Shown here: positions 1 to 9,124 of the stretch, in pieces | How positions within the stretch are numbered: the first letter of the stretch is position 1 | Layout of the letters: every line of letters begins with the position of its first letter | Assembly: GCA_031370005.1 (NCBI GenBank) | Contig: JANMPT010000028.1 | Coordinates: 64,001-128,000, forward strand | Length of the DNA stretch: 64,000 nucleotides | Source of the DNA: Bdellovibrionales bacterium | GTDB lineage: Bacteria > Bdellovibrionota > Bdellovibrionia > Bdellovibrionales > Bdellovibrionaceae | Reading direction: 5' to 3' | Program-made: the position numbers and the translations under genes | The notes under the pieces: generated by a model | What the model was told of the DNA's origin: nothing | The model's input: only the letters and a program-made list of their open reading frames with translations | Database searches by the model: none

Positions 1-1
1 T

Positions 2-628
2 GGGGTATTTTTAGCGGTAGTAATTAATCAGGTACTTCCAGTAAAGACCTTCTGGCGAACGCTGTTTATAATTCCGTGGGCGGTGCCACAGTATATTACA
101 GCACTGACTTGGCGTGGGATGTTCAATCAGGAGTATGGACCAATTAATTTATTCCTTCAGCGATTCCTACATTTATCTCCTGTTCAGTGGTTGAGCCAAC
201 CCTTCACTGCTTTTGTCGCTTGTATCGTAACAAATGTTTGGCTGGGCTTCCCATTTATGATGATCGTTGCTTTGGGGGGACTTCAATCCATTCCGCAATC
301 ACTTTATGAAGCGGCCTATCTGGATAAGGCTAATGCCTGGCAAAGATTTCGACATATTACTTTGCCTCTGCTGATGCCCGTGATGGTCCCAGCAATCCTG
401 CTTGGTTGCATTTGGACTTTCAACAATTTGAATATCATTTGGCTTGTTAGTAATGGCGGCGAACCCGGGGACCAAACCCATATCCTCGTCAGCTATGTTT
501 ACAAAGCGGCCTTCAATCTCTATCGCTATGGCTATGCGGCCGCCGTTTCAATGTTGATCTTCCTGATTCTGATTGCTTGGAGTCTGGGCTCATTGCGAAC
601 ACAATTTAAAAAGGAGCAAAAATCATGA
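2..628 (+). CDS. malF: Sugar (maltose/maltodextrin) ABC transporter permease, MalF-like; 5' end lies outside the window
   Basis: Frame open from position 2 (GVFLAVVINQ…IIPWAVPQY); EAA loop 'SLYEAAYLDKANAWQRFRHITLP'; followed by a second permease, an ATPase and an amylase. Confidence 0.8.
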   Translation, partial: GVFLAVVINQVLPVKTFWRTLFIIPWAVPQYITALTWRGMFNQEYGPINLFLQRFLHLSPVQWLSQPFTAFVACIVTNVWLGFPFMMIVALGGLQSIPQSLYEAAYLDKANAWQRFRHITLPLLMPVMVPAILLGCIWTFNNLNIIWLVSNGGEPGDQTHILVSYVYKAAFNLYRYGYAAAVSMLIFLILIAWSLGSLRTQFKKEQKS

Positions 629-1443
629 TCAAGAAACTTCTTGCATGGTTGGGCGCCCTGCTTTTTGCGATTTTTTCGATTTACCCTATGCTTTATGTTT
701 TGGGAGTCTCCCTGCGCGGAGATAACGCCTTTCAGTCCCAGACCCTTGAGATCATCACATCAACATCCACAGTGAAAAATTTTATTAGCCTCTTTACTCA
801 AACCGATTTTTTAATGTGGATGCGAAACTCACTCTTAGTGGCAACAGTAACTACCTTCTTGGGAGTGGCTTTTGCTTCGACCAGTGCTTACGCACTTTCT
901 AGATTTCAATTCCGAGGCCGCAATATGATGCTGTTCTCGCTACTGGCAACCCAAATGTTTCCACCCACGATGTTGATTCTGCCTTTTTATATTATCCTTT
1001 CAAAGCTGCACTTGATTGACAGTTTCTTTGGGCTCTTTCTAATCTATTCCTCAACAGCATTGCCCTTTTGCGTTTGGCAAATGAAAGCCTACTACGACAC
1101 AATCCCAAAAGAACTTGAAGAAGCCGCTGTTTTAGACGGCTGCTCGCGCTGGTTAACATTTTATAAAATCATACTTCCCGTGTCAGCACCCGCGCTTGTG
1201 ATCACGGCACTTTTTAGCTTTATGGCCAGCTGGAGTGAGTACGTGATTGCGGCCGTAGTTTTGCAAGACCCTCAGATGTATACACTTCCATTGGGTCTTC
1301 GCTCCTTTCAAGCAAGTCTCGCCACTCAGTGGGGACTTTATGCCGCAGGAGCCTTGATTGTAAGTATTCCTGTCTTAGTTTTATTTATTAGTATTTCACG
1401 TTATTTGGTTTCGGGCCTAACGATAGGAAGCGTGAAAGGATAA
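625..1443 (+). CDS. malG: Sugar ABC transporter permease, MalG-like
   Basis: EAA loop 'ELEEAAVLDGCSRWLTFYKIILP'; multiple TM segments; ATGA overlap with the upstream permease. Confidence 0.85.
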   Translation: MIKKLLAWLGALLFAIFSIYPMLYVLGVSLRGDNAFQSQTLEIITSTSTVKNFISLFTQTDFLMWMRNSLLVATVTTFLGVAFASTSAYALSRFQFRGRNMMLFSLLATQMFPPTMLILPFYIILSKLHLIDSFFGLFLIYSSTALPFCVWQMKAYYDTIPKELEEAAVLDGCSRWLTFYKIILPVSAPALVITALFSFMASWSEYVIAAVVLQDPQMYTLPLGLRSFQASLATQWGLYAAGALIVSIPVLVLFISISRYLVSGLTIGSVKG

Positions 1444-1445
1444 TT

Positions 1446-2498
1446 ATGACTCATATCGAATTCTCTCAAATCACAAAAAGCTTTAAAGACAATCATATCC
1501 TTAAGGGAATTGATCTTGAAATCTCCGCCGGAGAATTTCTAGTCTTGGTCGGTCCTTCGGGTTGTGGCAAATCCACTCTTCTGCGCACTTTGGCTGGGCT
1601 TGAAAAAATGGATGGTGGTGACATTAAGGTAAATGGAAAATCCATTAAAAACATAGAGCCGCAGAACCGCGATGTGGCCATGGTTTTTCAAAATTATGCG
1701 CTTTATCCGCATATGAATGTGGCTGAAAACATGGGCTTTGCCATGAAGCTGCAAAAGCGCAGTGCCAGCGAAATCCATACTCGTGTAAAAGAAATCGCTC
1801 AGCTTTTGCAAATTGATCATCTCTTAGAAAGAAAACCCAAAGAACTTTCAGGCGGTCAACGTCAACGTGTGGCCCTGGGCCGCGCCCTGGCTCGCCAGAC
1901 CTCCATCATTCTTTTTGATGAGCCCCTTTCAAATTTAGACGCTTACCTGCGTAGTCAAATGCGGATCGAGATCAAGCGTCTTCATCAGGCTGTAAAAAGC
2001 ACCATGATCTATGTAACCCATGATCAAATGGAAGCCACCACCATGGGTGACCGTATTGCCGTTTTGAAAGATGGTCAAATCGAGCAAATCGGCACACCAA
2101 CAGAAATCTACCATCGCCCTAAAAATCTTTTCATTGCGAGTTTTATTGGCTCCCCTGAAATGAACTTTATGGAGGGCTCTCTTGTGCAAAAACTTCCATG
2201 GCCTGAGGCTCAAAAACCCGGACAAATTCTCGGGGTTCGTCCTGAGGTCTTTAAAATCAGCCAAGGAAGCCTTAAAACCAGTGAGTTGGAGCTCGGCAGC
2301 TTCCAAGTTGAGCTTTCTGAAAACCTCGGTGGCCAACAGATGCTCCACGGTCGAATTGAGGGCCAAAGCATCAGAATCTTTGCTGACTCTACGGAGTTTT
2401 TTAGCAAGGACCAAAAAATTTCTGTGAAGATTGACCTGACAAAATCGCACTTATTTGATAAAAAGACTGGGCTCAATCAAAGACTTCTGGGAGCCTAA
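1446..2498 (+). CDS. malK: Sugar ABC transporter ATP-binding subunit, MalK/UgpC-like
   Basis: Walker A GPSGCGKST, signature LSGGQRQRVALGR, Walker B ILFDEPLSNLD, H-loop YVTHDQ. Confidence 0.9.
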   Translation: MTHIEFSQITKSFKDNHILKGIDLEISAGEFLVLVGPSGCGKSTLLRTLAGLEKMDGGDIKVNGKSIKNIEPQNRDVAMVFQNYALYPHMNVAENMGFAMKLQKRSASEIHTRVKEIAQLLQIDHLLERKPKELSGGQRQRVALGRALARQTSIILFDEPLSNLDAYLRSQMRIEIKRLHQAVKSTMIYVTHDQMEATTMGDRIAVLKDGQIEQIGTPTEIYHRPKNLFIASFIGSPEMNFMEGSLVQKLPWPEAQKPGQILGVRPEVFKISQGSLKTSELELGSFQVELSENLGGQQMLHGRIEGQSIRIFADSTEFFSKDQKISVKIDLTKSHLFDKKTGLNQRLLGA

Positions 2499-3893
2499 AT
2501 GTCTTTTCGTTGGATTGTGAAATTATTAGGACCTATGTTGCTGCTAGGGACACTGCAGCTTCAGGCTAGCTCCCGCACCGCCTTCGTTCATCTTTTTGAA
2601 TGGCCCTGGAACGACATCGCCCTAGAATGCGAGAACTCCTTAGGCCCTGCAGGATTTTCTGCAGTCCAAGTTTCCCCTCCACAAGAGCATATCCACTGGA
2701 AAAACAATCCATGGTGGGAGCGCTACCAAGTTGTTAGCTATAAGTTAGACTCTCGCAGCGGTAACGAAGCTGATTTTGCAAAAATGGTTCAACGCTGTCA
2801 TAAAGCCGGAGTCGCTATCTATGTTGATGCCGTTTTAAATCACATGACTGGAATCCCCGGAGGTATTGGCTCTGGCGGCACCTCATTTAGTCATTATAAA
2901 TATCCGGGCCTTTATTCCTACACAGACTTTAATCACTGCGGCCGCAATGGCAATGATGATATCGTTAATTTCAGTGATCGCTATGAACTTCAGAATTGTG
3001 AGCTGCTGGATCTTGCCGATCTTGCAACCGGATCTGAAAAAGTCCGTAGTACTCTGGCAAATTATCTAAATCATCTTTTAGATCTTGGCGTTGATGGCTT
3101 TAGAATTGATGCCGCCAAACATATTCCAGCAACGGACTTGGCTGCAATCAAATCAAAACTTAAAAGATCCGCTTATATATACCAAGAAATTATCTATGAC
3201 CCCAATGGTCCGATTCAGTACAGTGAATACTTCCCCGTGGGCGATGTCATGGCTTATGACTACCCTCGCATAATCGCCAGTGGCTTTCAGGATAAAAATA
3301 CGAATACGCTCTTGCACATTGCTGATGGATTTCCCCCGAACGATAAGGCCATCGTTTTTATCACCAACCATGATCTAGAGCGCGGCAGTGATGTTCTTAG
3401 CTACAACACCAACCAACAAGGCCTCTATCGCCTGGCTCAAATCTTTATGTTGGCATGGCCCTATGGTTATCCTCAACTCTACTCTGGCTATCAGTTCAAT
3501 GATAGGGAGGCCGGCCCACCCCTCAGCCCTAATCTTAAAACCTTAAGTGTTTTTGATTCTAAAAACCAATGCCGAGCACCTTGGACCTGTGAACACCGTC
3601 TGCCTGAAATCGCGCCCATGTTAGACTTCCGCAAACAAACAGAGAAATCCCCTCAAGTAGACCAATGGTGGAGCAATGGCCGAGATCTTTTGGCATTTAG
3701 CCGCAGCACTTCCGGCTTCGTTGTTATCAACTCCTCACAAAACGCAATCACACGAAATTTTTCTACCAGTATGAATTCTGGCTCTTACTGTAATATTCTA
3801 GATGCGAATTGTAGCCAGAAATTCAATGTGCAAAATGGCTTTGTCAGTGTGACGATTCAACCTTTGTCTGCAGTTGTGCTTTTAAAAAAATAA
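2499..3893 (+). CDS. Secreted alpha-amylase (GH13)
   Basis: Signal peptide; VHLFEW, VDAVLNH, GFRIDAAKH, YQEI and FITNHD motifs. Confidence 0.92.
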   Translation: MSFRWIVKLLGPMLLLGTLQLQASSRTAFVHLFEWPWNDIALECENSLGPAGFSAVQVSPPQEHIHWKNNPWWERYQVVSYKLDSRSGNEADFAKMVQRCHKAGVAIYVDAVLNHMTGIPGGIGSGGTSFSHYKYPGLYSYTDFNHCGRNGNDDIVNFSDRYELQNCELLDLADLATGSEKVRSTLANYLNHLLDLGVDGFRIDAAKHIPATDLAAIKSKLKRSAYIYQEIIYDPNGPIQYSEYFPVGDVMAYDYPRIIASGFQDKNTNTLLHIADGFPPNDKAIVFITNHDLERGSDVLSYNTNQQGLYRLAQIFMLAWPYGYPQLYSGYQFNDREAGPPLSPNLKTLSVFDSKNQCRAPWTCEHRLPEIAPMLDFRKQTEKSPQVDQWWSNGRDLLAFSRSTSGFVVINSSQNAITRNFSTSMNSGSYCNILDANCSQKFNVQNGFVSVTIQPLSAVVLLKK

Positions 3894-3896
3894 TAT

Positions 3897-4856
3897 ATGA
3901 AAAAAATGACCTATACCATTGGCTTTGATCTTGGCGGAACTAAACTTGCCGCTGCACTTTTAAATAACAAGGGAGAATCTCTCGACTTCATCAAGGTACC
4001 TGTTGATATGAAGCGCGAAGGCTCTGCCACAAAAACTCAAAAAAGAGTGATCAGTCTAATGACTGACATCGCCATGGATTTGAAAAACCGCTTCCCCAAA
4101 GAAACTACAGGCAAGACCTTCCTGGGAGTTGGCCTCGCCAGTGCGGGTCCATTAAATACCGAAGAGGGCAAACTGACTTATCCAGTGAACTATCCCGGCT
4201 GGAAGATTGTCCCGATTCGCGATCTCTTGCAAAAGGATATTCTGAATCGTGGTTTTAAAACCAAGGTCTTCTTCCAACATGATGCCACCGCCGCAGCACT
4301 TGCTGAGGGCTGGGTCGGAGGAGCTAAGAGCATGGCTTCCTATGCCGTTGTCAGCATTGGCACTGGCGTGGGATCTGGAGTGATCTTCAACGGACTTCCA
4401 GTACAAAACCGCGGGCGTGGTTCTGAGTACGGCCACACCATCGTCGATTATAAAAAACTTCAGGAAAATCCAACAAAACTTCACCACTGCACGGTGGAGG
4501 GCGTGGCCTCAGGCACAGGTCTTCTTCGTCGTGCGAAAGAAATGGGCTTCAACGGAGGCTCCGTCGAGGAGCTTATTGCTTCGCCAGAAGAAAAGTACAA
4601 AGTACTTTATAAGGATATGTCCTGGGCCTTGGCTTGTCTTTGCTATGACCTTTCCATTGGTTATAACTTAGAGAGAATCTTTTTGAGCGGTGGATTGATT
4701 AAAATCAAAAGTCTTTATATCGCGGATCTTCAATCACACTACAAAAATATGATTCGTCAAATGAATCCAGACTTTGAGTGTAAAATTGAAATCGCAAAAA
4801 CCAAAAACACCGCCGGCGTTCTTGGCGCGGGATATTTACCCTATCTCTATGGCTAA
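3897..4856 (+). CDS. ROK-family sugar kinase (glucokinase-like)
   Basis: IGFDLGGTK, GTGVGSG, EYGH and EGVASGTG motifs; no N-terminal HTH. Confidence 0.85.
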   Translation: MKKMTYTIGFDLGGTKLAAALLNNKGESLDFIKVPVDMKREGSATKTQKRVISLMTDIAMDLKNRFPKETTGKTFLGVGLASAGPLNTEEGKLTYPVNYPGWKIVPIRDLLQKDILNRGFKTKVFFQHDATAAALAEGWVGGAKSMASYAVVSIGTGVGSGVIFNGLPVQNRGRGSEYGHTIVDYKKLQENPTKLHHCTVEGVASGTGLLRRAKEMGFNGGSVEELIASPEEKYKVLYKDMSWALACLCYDLSIGYNLERIFLSGGLIKIKSLYIADLQSHYKNMIRQMNPDFECKIEIAKTKNTAGVLGAGYLPYLYG

Positions 4857-5995
4857 AAGTGATAAACCAGGAAACCCATATGGCGATTTTCCCCCTCAAT
4901 ACCTGAACCATAGTCTTTGATTTCGCTGCGATTTACGTGATGCTCAAAAGCAAACTTCACAGAGAAATTTTTTGTTAGCTGGTAAGAGACAAAAACCTCA
5001 GTCAGCAGACGAGAATCCGTAATCCGCGAGCTATCTGTAATTGCCGTTTGGTAAGATGTGCCTTTGTTGATAAAGTTCAAATCACGTTGAGTAATGGAAG
5101 CTCCAGAGTTCCAACGGCCGTACTCCACAATCACTTGCCCACGACTGGTCATTCCTGCTGCGTAATAATAATCTTGATTTTGTAAAACTGTTGACCAGCC
5201 TTGTTTGCCAGTTTCCCCAATGTACTTGTCGACAATATAAGTGGGGCGAACCATTGCCACATCACCATAGACATCCACAGTGGCAATCACTCTAAATCCG
5301 CCTCCATAATAGCTTAACTGCATCGTACCACCATGCACATTGATGATTCCAATGAAGTCACCCTTGTCGCCATTTTTCTGAGAATGATTGCCGAACTCAA
5401 TGGCACTTGCCGGACCGATATAGAGATTATATCCCTTCAATTGAGCTTCTTCATCTAGGTCTGAACTTTTCTCATGGTAGGCAGCGAGGGCTGTTTTCGC
5501 AAACAAAAAAAAGTCACTGGGCCCCCCTCCTGAAACTGTAGTTTTTGAAATTGCCTCCGAGAAATCCGAATCAGCTACAAGCTCTTGCGCCCGACTGTGA
5601 GAGCCTGCTGAAGGGTGCTCAATAAAATACTTCACGGCATTTGCTAAAGGTTGTGTAGCCTCTTGGCTGGTCGGTGCAGCCAAATCCACCACCCGCAAAA
5701 TATGCTCACCAGAATTCGTTTCACGCAGTTCAACTTGGTAGCGAATGTCACCGCGTTGTTTAATCTTTTGCACATCAGGATTGATCATTTCATTGTCACG
5801 AAGCCAAACGCAGTGAAGATTCACTTTTTGGGAAAATGAAAGAGCCACAGATCTCTGAAGCTTGAGGCAAGCCTCCTTCGCCCAGTCTTCTTTGGCTCCA
5901 TCTTTTCCCACAAGCCCAATAACCGTGAGCTCTGCAGGGGGGACCTGAGCAAAAACCGACATGCCCAAAAAAAATACGGTGAAAATGAAGTTCAT
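4853..5995 (-). CDS. Secreted/outer-membrane hypothetical protein; C-terminal half looks beta-barrel-like
   Basis: Signal peptide MNFIFTVFFLGMSVFA; alternating aromatic beta-strands; C-terminal …FLVYHF. Confidence 0.6.
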   Translation of the reverse strand: MNFIFTVFFLGMSVFAQVPPAELTVIGLVGKDGAKEDWAKEACLKLQRSVALSFSQKVNLHCVWLRDNEMINPDVQKIKQRGDIRYQVELRETNSGEHILRVVDLAAPTSQEATQPLANAVKYFIEHPSAGSHSRAQELVADSDFSEAISKTTVSGGGPSDFFLFAKTALAAYHEKSSDLDEEAQLKGYNLYIGPASAIEFGNHSQKNGDKGDFIGIINVHGGTMQLSYYGGGFRVIATVDVYGDVAMVRPTYIVDKYIGETGKQGWSTVLQNQDYYYAAGMTSRGQVIVEYGRWNSGASITQRDLNFINKGTSYQTAITDSSRITDSRLLTEVFVSYQLTKNFSVKFAFEHHVNRSEIKDYGSGIEGENRHMGFLVYHF

Positions 5996-6036
5996 AAACC
6001 CCTTAGAGTTGAGACTTAGGCTCTAAGGAGAGTTAC

Positions 6037-6052
6037 TGCAGAGCTTGTGCCA
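6037..6052 (-). promoter_or_regulatory. Putative sigma-54 (-24/-12) promoter for the 4853..5995 gene
   Basis: Minus strand reads TGGCAC-AAGCT-CTGCA, matching the TGGCAC-N5-TTGCW spacing, about 40 bp upstream of the ATG. Confidence 0.55.
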
Positions 6053-6355
6053 AGTCTTCCAAGCGTCAGTAGGAGTTGGCGTCTTAATTTTTAACATGCC
6101 CGTGACGCTTTTTGACCGCGGACAGGGGGTCTCAGCATTTGGATCTTCGATCAAGATACTGAATGCTCTGCAGGCAAGAGGCCTGCTTAGTCTCCGAAGT
6201 CCTTGTTAATACCCAACAAAACTCATTATTTGTCATTGAAATTAATTGCAGAGCTGGTCAATGTTGGAATCCCCATCAATTTTCACCATTTCTTCAGGAT
6301 TCAAAACTGGAAACAGTATTTTTGCCGGGGCCTCTTTTGGATATAGATTTTGAAG

Positions 6356-6628
6356 CTAGCCAGCTTTTTTCCTAATGGTGCTTTCAATTAAAATACGAAC
6401 ATATTTTTGAACACCCAAGCCTGATTGTTCAGCTTGTTTTTTAATTTCTTTTAAAAGCTTTTCGCTGAGCCTTACAGACAAGACTTTATCTTTCTTCTCT
6501 CTAAGCTCAAATTTTACAGCTTGCCAGCCACCCTCAGCTATAAAATCACTAAGGTCTCCAGCTAATGGGTCGTCAATATCATCAACAACTTTATTCATTT
6601 TCTTTGATTTTTTTGACTTCTCTTTCAT
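6356..6628 (-). CDS. BrnA/CopG-like RHH antitoxin
   Basis: C-terminal RHH-like 'KDKVLSVRLSEKLLKEIKKQAEQSGLGVQKYVRILI'; ATG at 6628 after GAGGAAGAGG; overlaps the toxin 3' end. Confidence 0.75.
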   Translation of the reverse strand: MKEKSKKSKKMNKVVDDIDDPLAGDLSDFIAEGGWQAVKFELREKKDKVLSVRLSEKLLKEIKKQAEQSGLGVQKYVRILIESTIRKKAG

Positions 6629-6917
6629 AAGCCTCTTCCTCTTTTTTATGAGTGTATCTAGCACTAATTGGACGAATTAACCTTTCATCGCCTTTAACCC
6701 TGACTGTGAAAGCTACAAGCAAACATCTCTTAGGGTCTTGGGTGTAGCCCATTGCCAAGAGCCTCTCTTCGCTAAATGAATGCCTGAGGTCTTCCTTAAT
6801 CAAAAGTTCCTGTTTAAAGAAATCCTCAAGAGTTTCCAGTGGAACTCTAGCCTCTATTTTGGCTGTATTTCCATCGTCCCAGTCTAATCCATCATATTCT
6901 AGTGTTGATAATCTCAT
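6591..6917 (-). CDS. brnT: BrnT-family ribonuclease toxin
   Basis: 'LDWDDGNTAK', 'DLRHSFSEERLLAMG' and 'LVAFTVR…LIRPISARY…KKE' are typical BrnT motifs; toxin-first order. Confidence 0.8.
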   Translation of the reverse strand: MRLSTLEYDGLDWDDGNTAKIEARVPLETLEDFFKQELLIKEDLRHSFSEERLLAMGYTQDPKRCLLVAFTVRVKGDERLIRPISARYTHKKEEEAYEREVKKIKENE

Positions 6918-7057
6918 AGTTGCTGTTTGTCAATATAGCACATTTGTAATTAAATTGTAATACATTTTTATATACATTCGTATATCTTTAATTTGACTAT
7001 GGGATTTAACATAATAATCTTTTGCCCAAATAGCTCACACAGACCAGGACGTTTTCC

Positions 7058-8266
7058 CTAAACTCCGGTGGATTGAATGAAGGTGGATTTATCAACTAAT
7101 GTATTGTCGCCGAGCTCACCGCCCCAATTAACTCCAGTGGCGAAAACTAAGCCATCTGATCTCAGGGCAGTGGTGTCATACCATCCACCCGCAATCGTTG
7201 CCACATTTGAAACGCCTAAGGCTTGCACAAAAGTTGACTTGCCAACTATTGTATTATCGCCGAGCTGGCCGTGGGAGTTTGCCCCGCAGGCAAAAACCAA
7301 ACCATCGGATCTCAAGGCGATCGTGTGACCAATTCCCGCAGCCACCGCCACCGCATTTGAAATTCCTAAGGCCTGTACGAAACTTGATTTATTGACTAGC
7401 GTATTATCCCCAAGCTGGCCGCTTGTATTTTGCCCCGTAGCAAAGACCAAACCATCAGCTCTCAAGGCGACCGTGTGGTAAAATCCGCAGGCAAGCGCCA
7501 CCGCATTTGAAATTCCCAGAGCCTGTACGTAAGTTAATTTGCCAGTAACTGTATTGTCCCCAAGCTGGCCCATGGAGTTATATCCACAAGCAAAGACCAA
7601 ACCATCGGACCTCAAGCTCACTGCGTGTCGTTTCCCAGCTGCGGCCGCCACCGCATTTGAAATTCCTAAGGCCTGTACGAAAGTTGATTTGGCAACCCCT
7701 GTTCCATCCCCAAGTTCACCGTCCACATTGTAACCAGCGGCAAAAACCAAACCGTCTGATCTCACCGCTATAGTATTACTCCCACCGCCAGCAATCGAGG
7801 CCACGCCCGAAACACCCAAGGCTTGCACGTAAGTTGATTTATCAACTATTGTATTATCCCCGAGTTGACCATAGCCATTTTGCCCAGTGGTAAATACCAA
7901 GCCATCAGATCTCAGTGCTATTGTGTGACGATAGCCACAGGCCACCGCGGTTGCACTGGAAACACCCAGGGCTTGCACATAAGTTAATTTATCTACTATT
8001 GTAGTATCGCCAAGCTGGCCCTTGCCATTATAGCCACAGGCAAAAACCAAACCGTCGGATCTCAAGGCAACTGCGAAATCTCCTCCAAAAGCCATCGTCG
8101 GCGACTTTCGCCATGCAACCCGATTGGGCAAACGACCGTGGCCCGTTACTGTTGTGATCGGGCCGAGTTTTTGCCAGGTTTGCGCTAAGGCCGGCTGAAG
8201 CTTTCCAAAAAAAGCTTCAGCTGCGCCAGCCATCCCTGCGAATTTTAGAAATTTTCGGCGATCCAC
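7058..8266 (-). CDS. Tat-signal RCC1/BLIP-II-like seven-bladed beta-propeller protein
   Basis: GTG start; twin-arginine signal MDRRKFLK…PALA; seven ~50-aa repeats of ALRSDGLVFxxGxNxxGQLGDNT…VQALG. Confidence 0.88.
   Translation of the reverse strand: MDRRKFLKFAGMAGAAEAFFGKLQPALAQTWQKLGPITTVTGHGRLPNRVAWRKSPTMAFGGDFAVALRSDGLVFACGYNGKGQLGDTTIVDKLTYVQALGVSSATAVACGYRHTIALRSDGLVFTTGQNGYGQLGDNTIVDKSTYVQALGVSGVASIAGGGSNTIAVRSDGLVFAAGYNVDGELGDGTGVAKSTFVQALGISNAVAAAAGKRHAVSLRSDGLVFACGYNSMGQLGDNTVTGKLTYVQALGISNAVALACGFYHTVALRADGLVFATGQNTSGQLGDNTLVNKSSFVQALGISNAVAVAAGIGHTIALRSDGLVFACGANSHGQLGDNTIVGKSTFVQALGVSNVATIAGGWYDTTALRSDGLVFATGVNWGGELGDNTLVDKSTFIQSTGV
7061..8095 (-). repeat. Seven ~150-bp tandem coding repeats (RCC1 blades)
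   Basis: Near-identical DNA such as 'caaaaaccaaaccatcggatctca' and 'gtattatccccaagctggcc' recurs at 150-bp spacing. Confidence 0.85.
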
Positions 8267-9049
8267 TTAGGCTCTTCCTGACTTCCAAAAAGACAAAGCA
8301 TCCGCTTGATGCCACAGGTCTGGCGGTAAAATCGGTTCCCGCACAATATGTGACAATTCCTTGCGGACTTTGTGCATGCCCTTTAGATTCACGTCTTGAT
8401 CGAATTCATCATAAGAGGCTTCGACGTCGTTAAAGTTATGAGCAAAATAAGGCTCATCTAAAAATTTATAAATATCACGCATCACAGCTTCTGGGGAACG
8501 ACAGAGGTCATCGTAGTTCACCAGCAAAATCATTTCACGCTCGCCGCCGTACACAGCTTGCTTAAGTCCATTTAAGGCAAAACCAATAGTCCTGTCTGGG
8601 CGTAAGAGTGCTGCAGTTCTGGCATACACATCTGCGGACTCTTCGGGGGAAAAAAGCGAACTCACGGAATAAGGATTTTTACGCAAGAGCTGTTCGAAAC
8701 TATCCAAAATCCAAGGGATATCTCGAACACAGCAAATCATTTTGGCTTGAGGATAAACGTCGTGGATTAGTGATGTCATCAAAGTCCACCCACGGTTGGT
8801 ATCAAATGCCACTTCGTGAGAATCCTCATAGTAAGTCTGAAGTAAACTTTTAATTAGCTTACGGCGCTTACTCTCGGGACACTGGGTCCGATAGCCCCCT
8901 TGGGCTTGGGCCTCATTCACAATTGCTCGGACCATTCGCGCGGCCGGTCCTGAAATCGAAGCAGAAAATTTTGGATTCTGATTCAGAACTGTTGAAAGAA
9001 GGGTTGTTCCCGATCGTGGTAAACCAGAAATAAAATGTATTTTCTCCAT
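8267..9049 (-). CDS. Sulfotransferase-family protein
   Basis: 5'-PSB motif ISGLPRSGTTLL and 3'-PB-like 'ICCVRDIPWILDS'; likely ATG at 9049 after GAGGGG; stop abuts the RCC1 start. Confidence 0.85.
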   Translation of the reverse strand: MEKIHFISGLPRSGTTLLSTVLNQNPKFSASISGPAARMVRAIVNEAQAQGGYRTQCPESKRRKLIKSLLQTYYEDSHEVAFDTNRGWTLMTSLIHDVYPQAKMICCVRDIPWILDSFEQLLRKNPYSVSSLFSPEESADVYARTAALLRPDRTIGFALNGLKQAVYGGEREMILLVNYDDLCRSPEAVMRDIYKFLDEPYFAHNFNDVEASYDEFDQDVNLKGMHKVRKELSHIVREPILPPDLWHQADALSFWKSGRA

Positions 9050-9124
9050 GACCCCACCCCTCAATAATCCCTTAATTATGGCGTGAATTTTGGCGCTGAT
9101 GCAAACTCTATTTAGAGCCAGCAC

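Noticed and set aside
6100..6355. Possible gene remnants downstream of brnA
   Set aside because: Short open frames on both strands, but none that I can assign to a family
7061..8095. CRISPR-like array
   Set aside because: The 150-bp periodicity is in-frame coding repetition of RCC1 blades; no repeat-spacer structure and no cas genes
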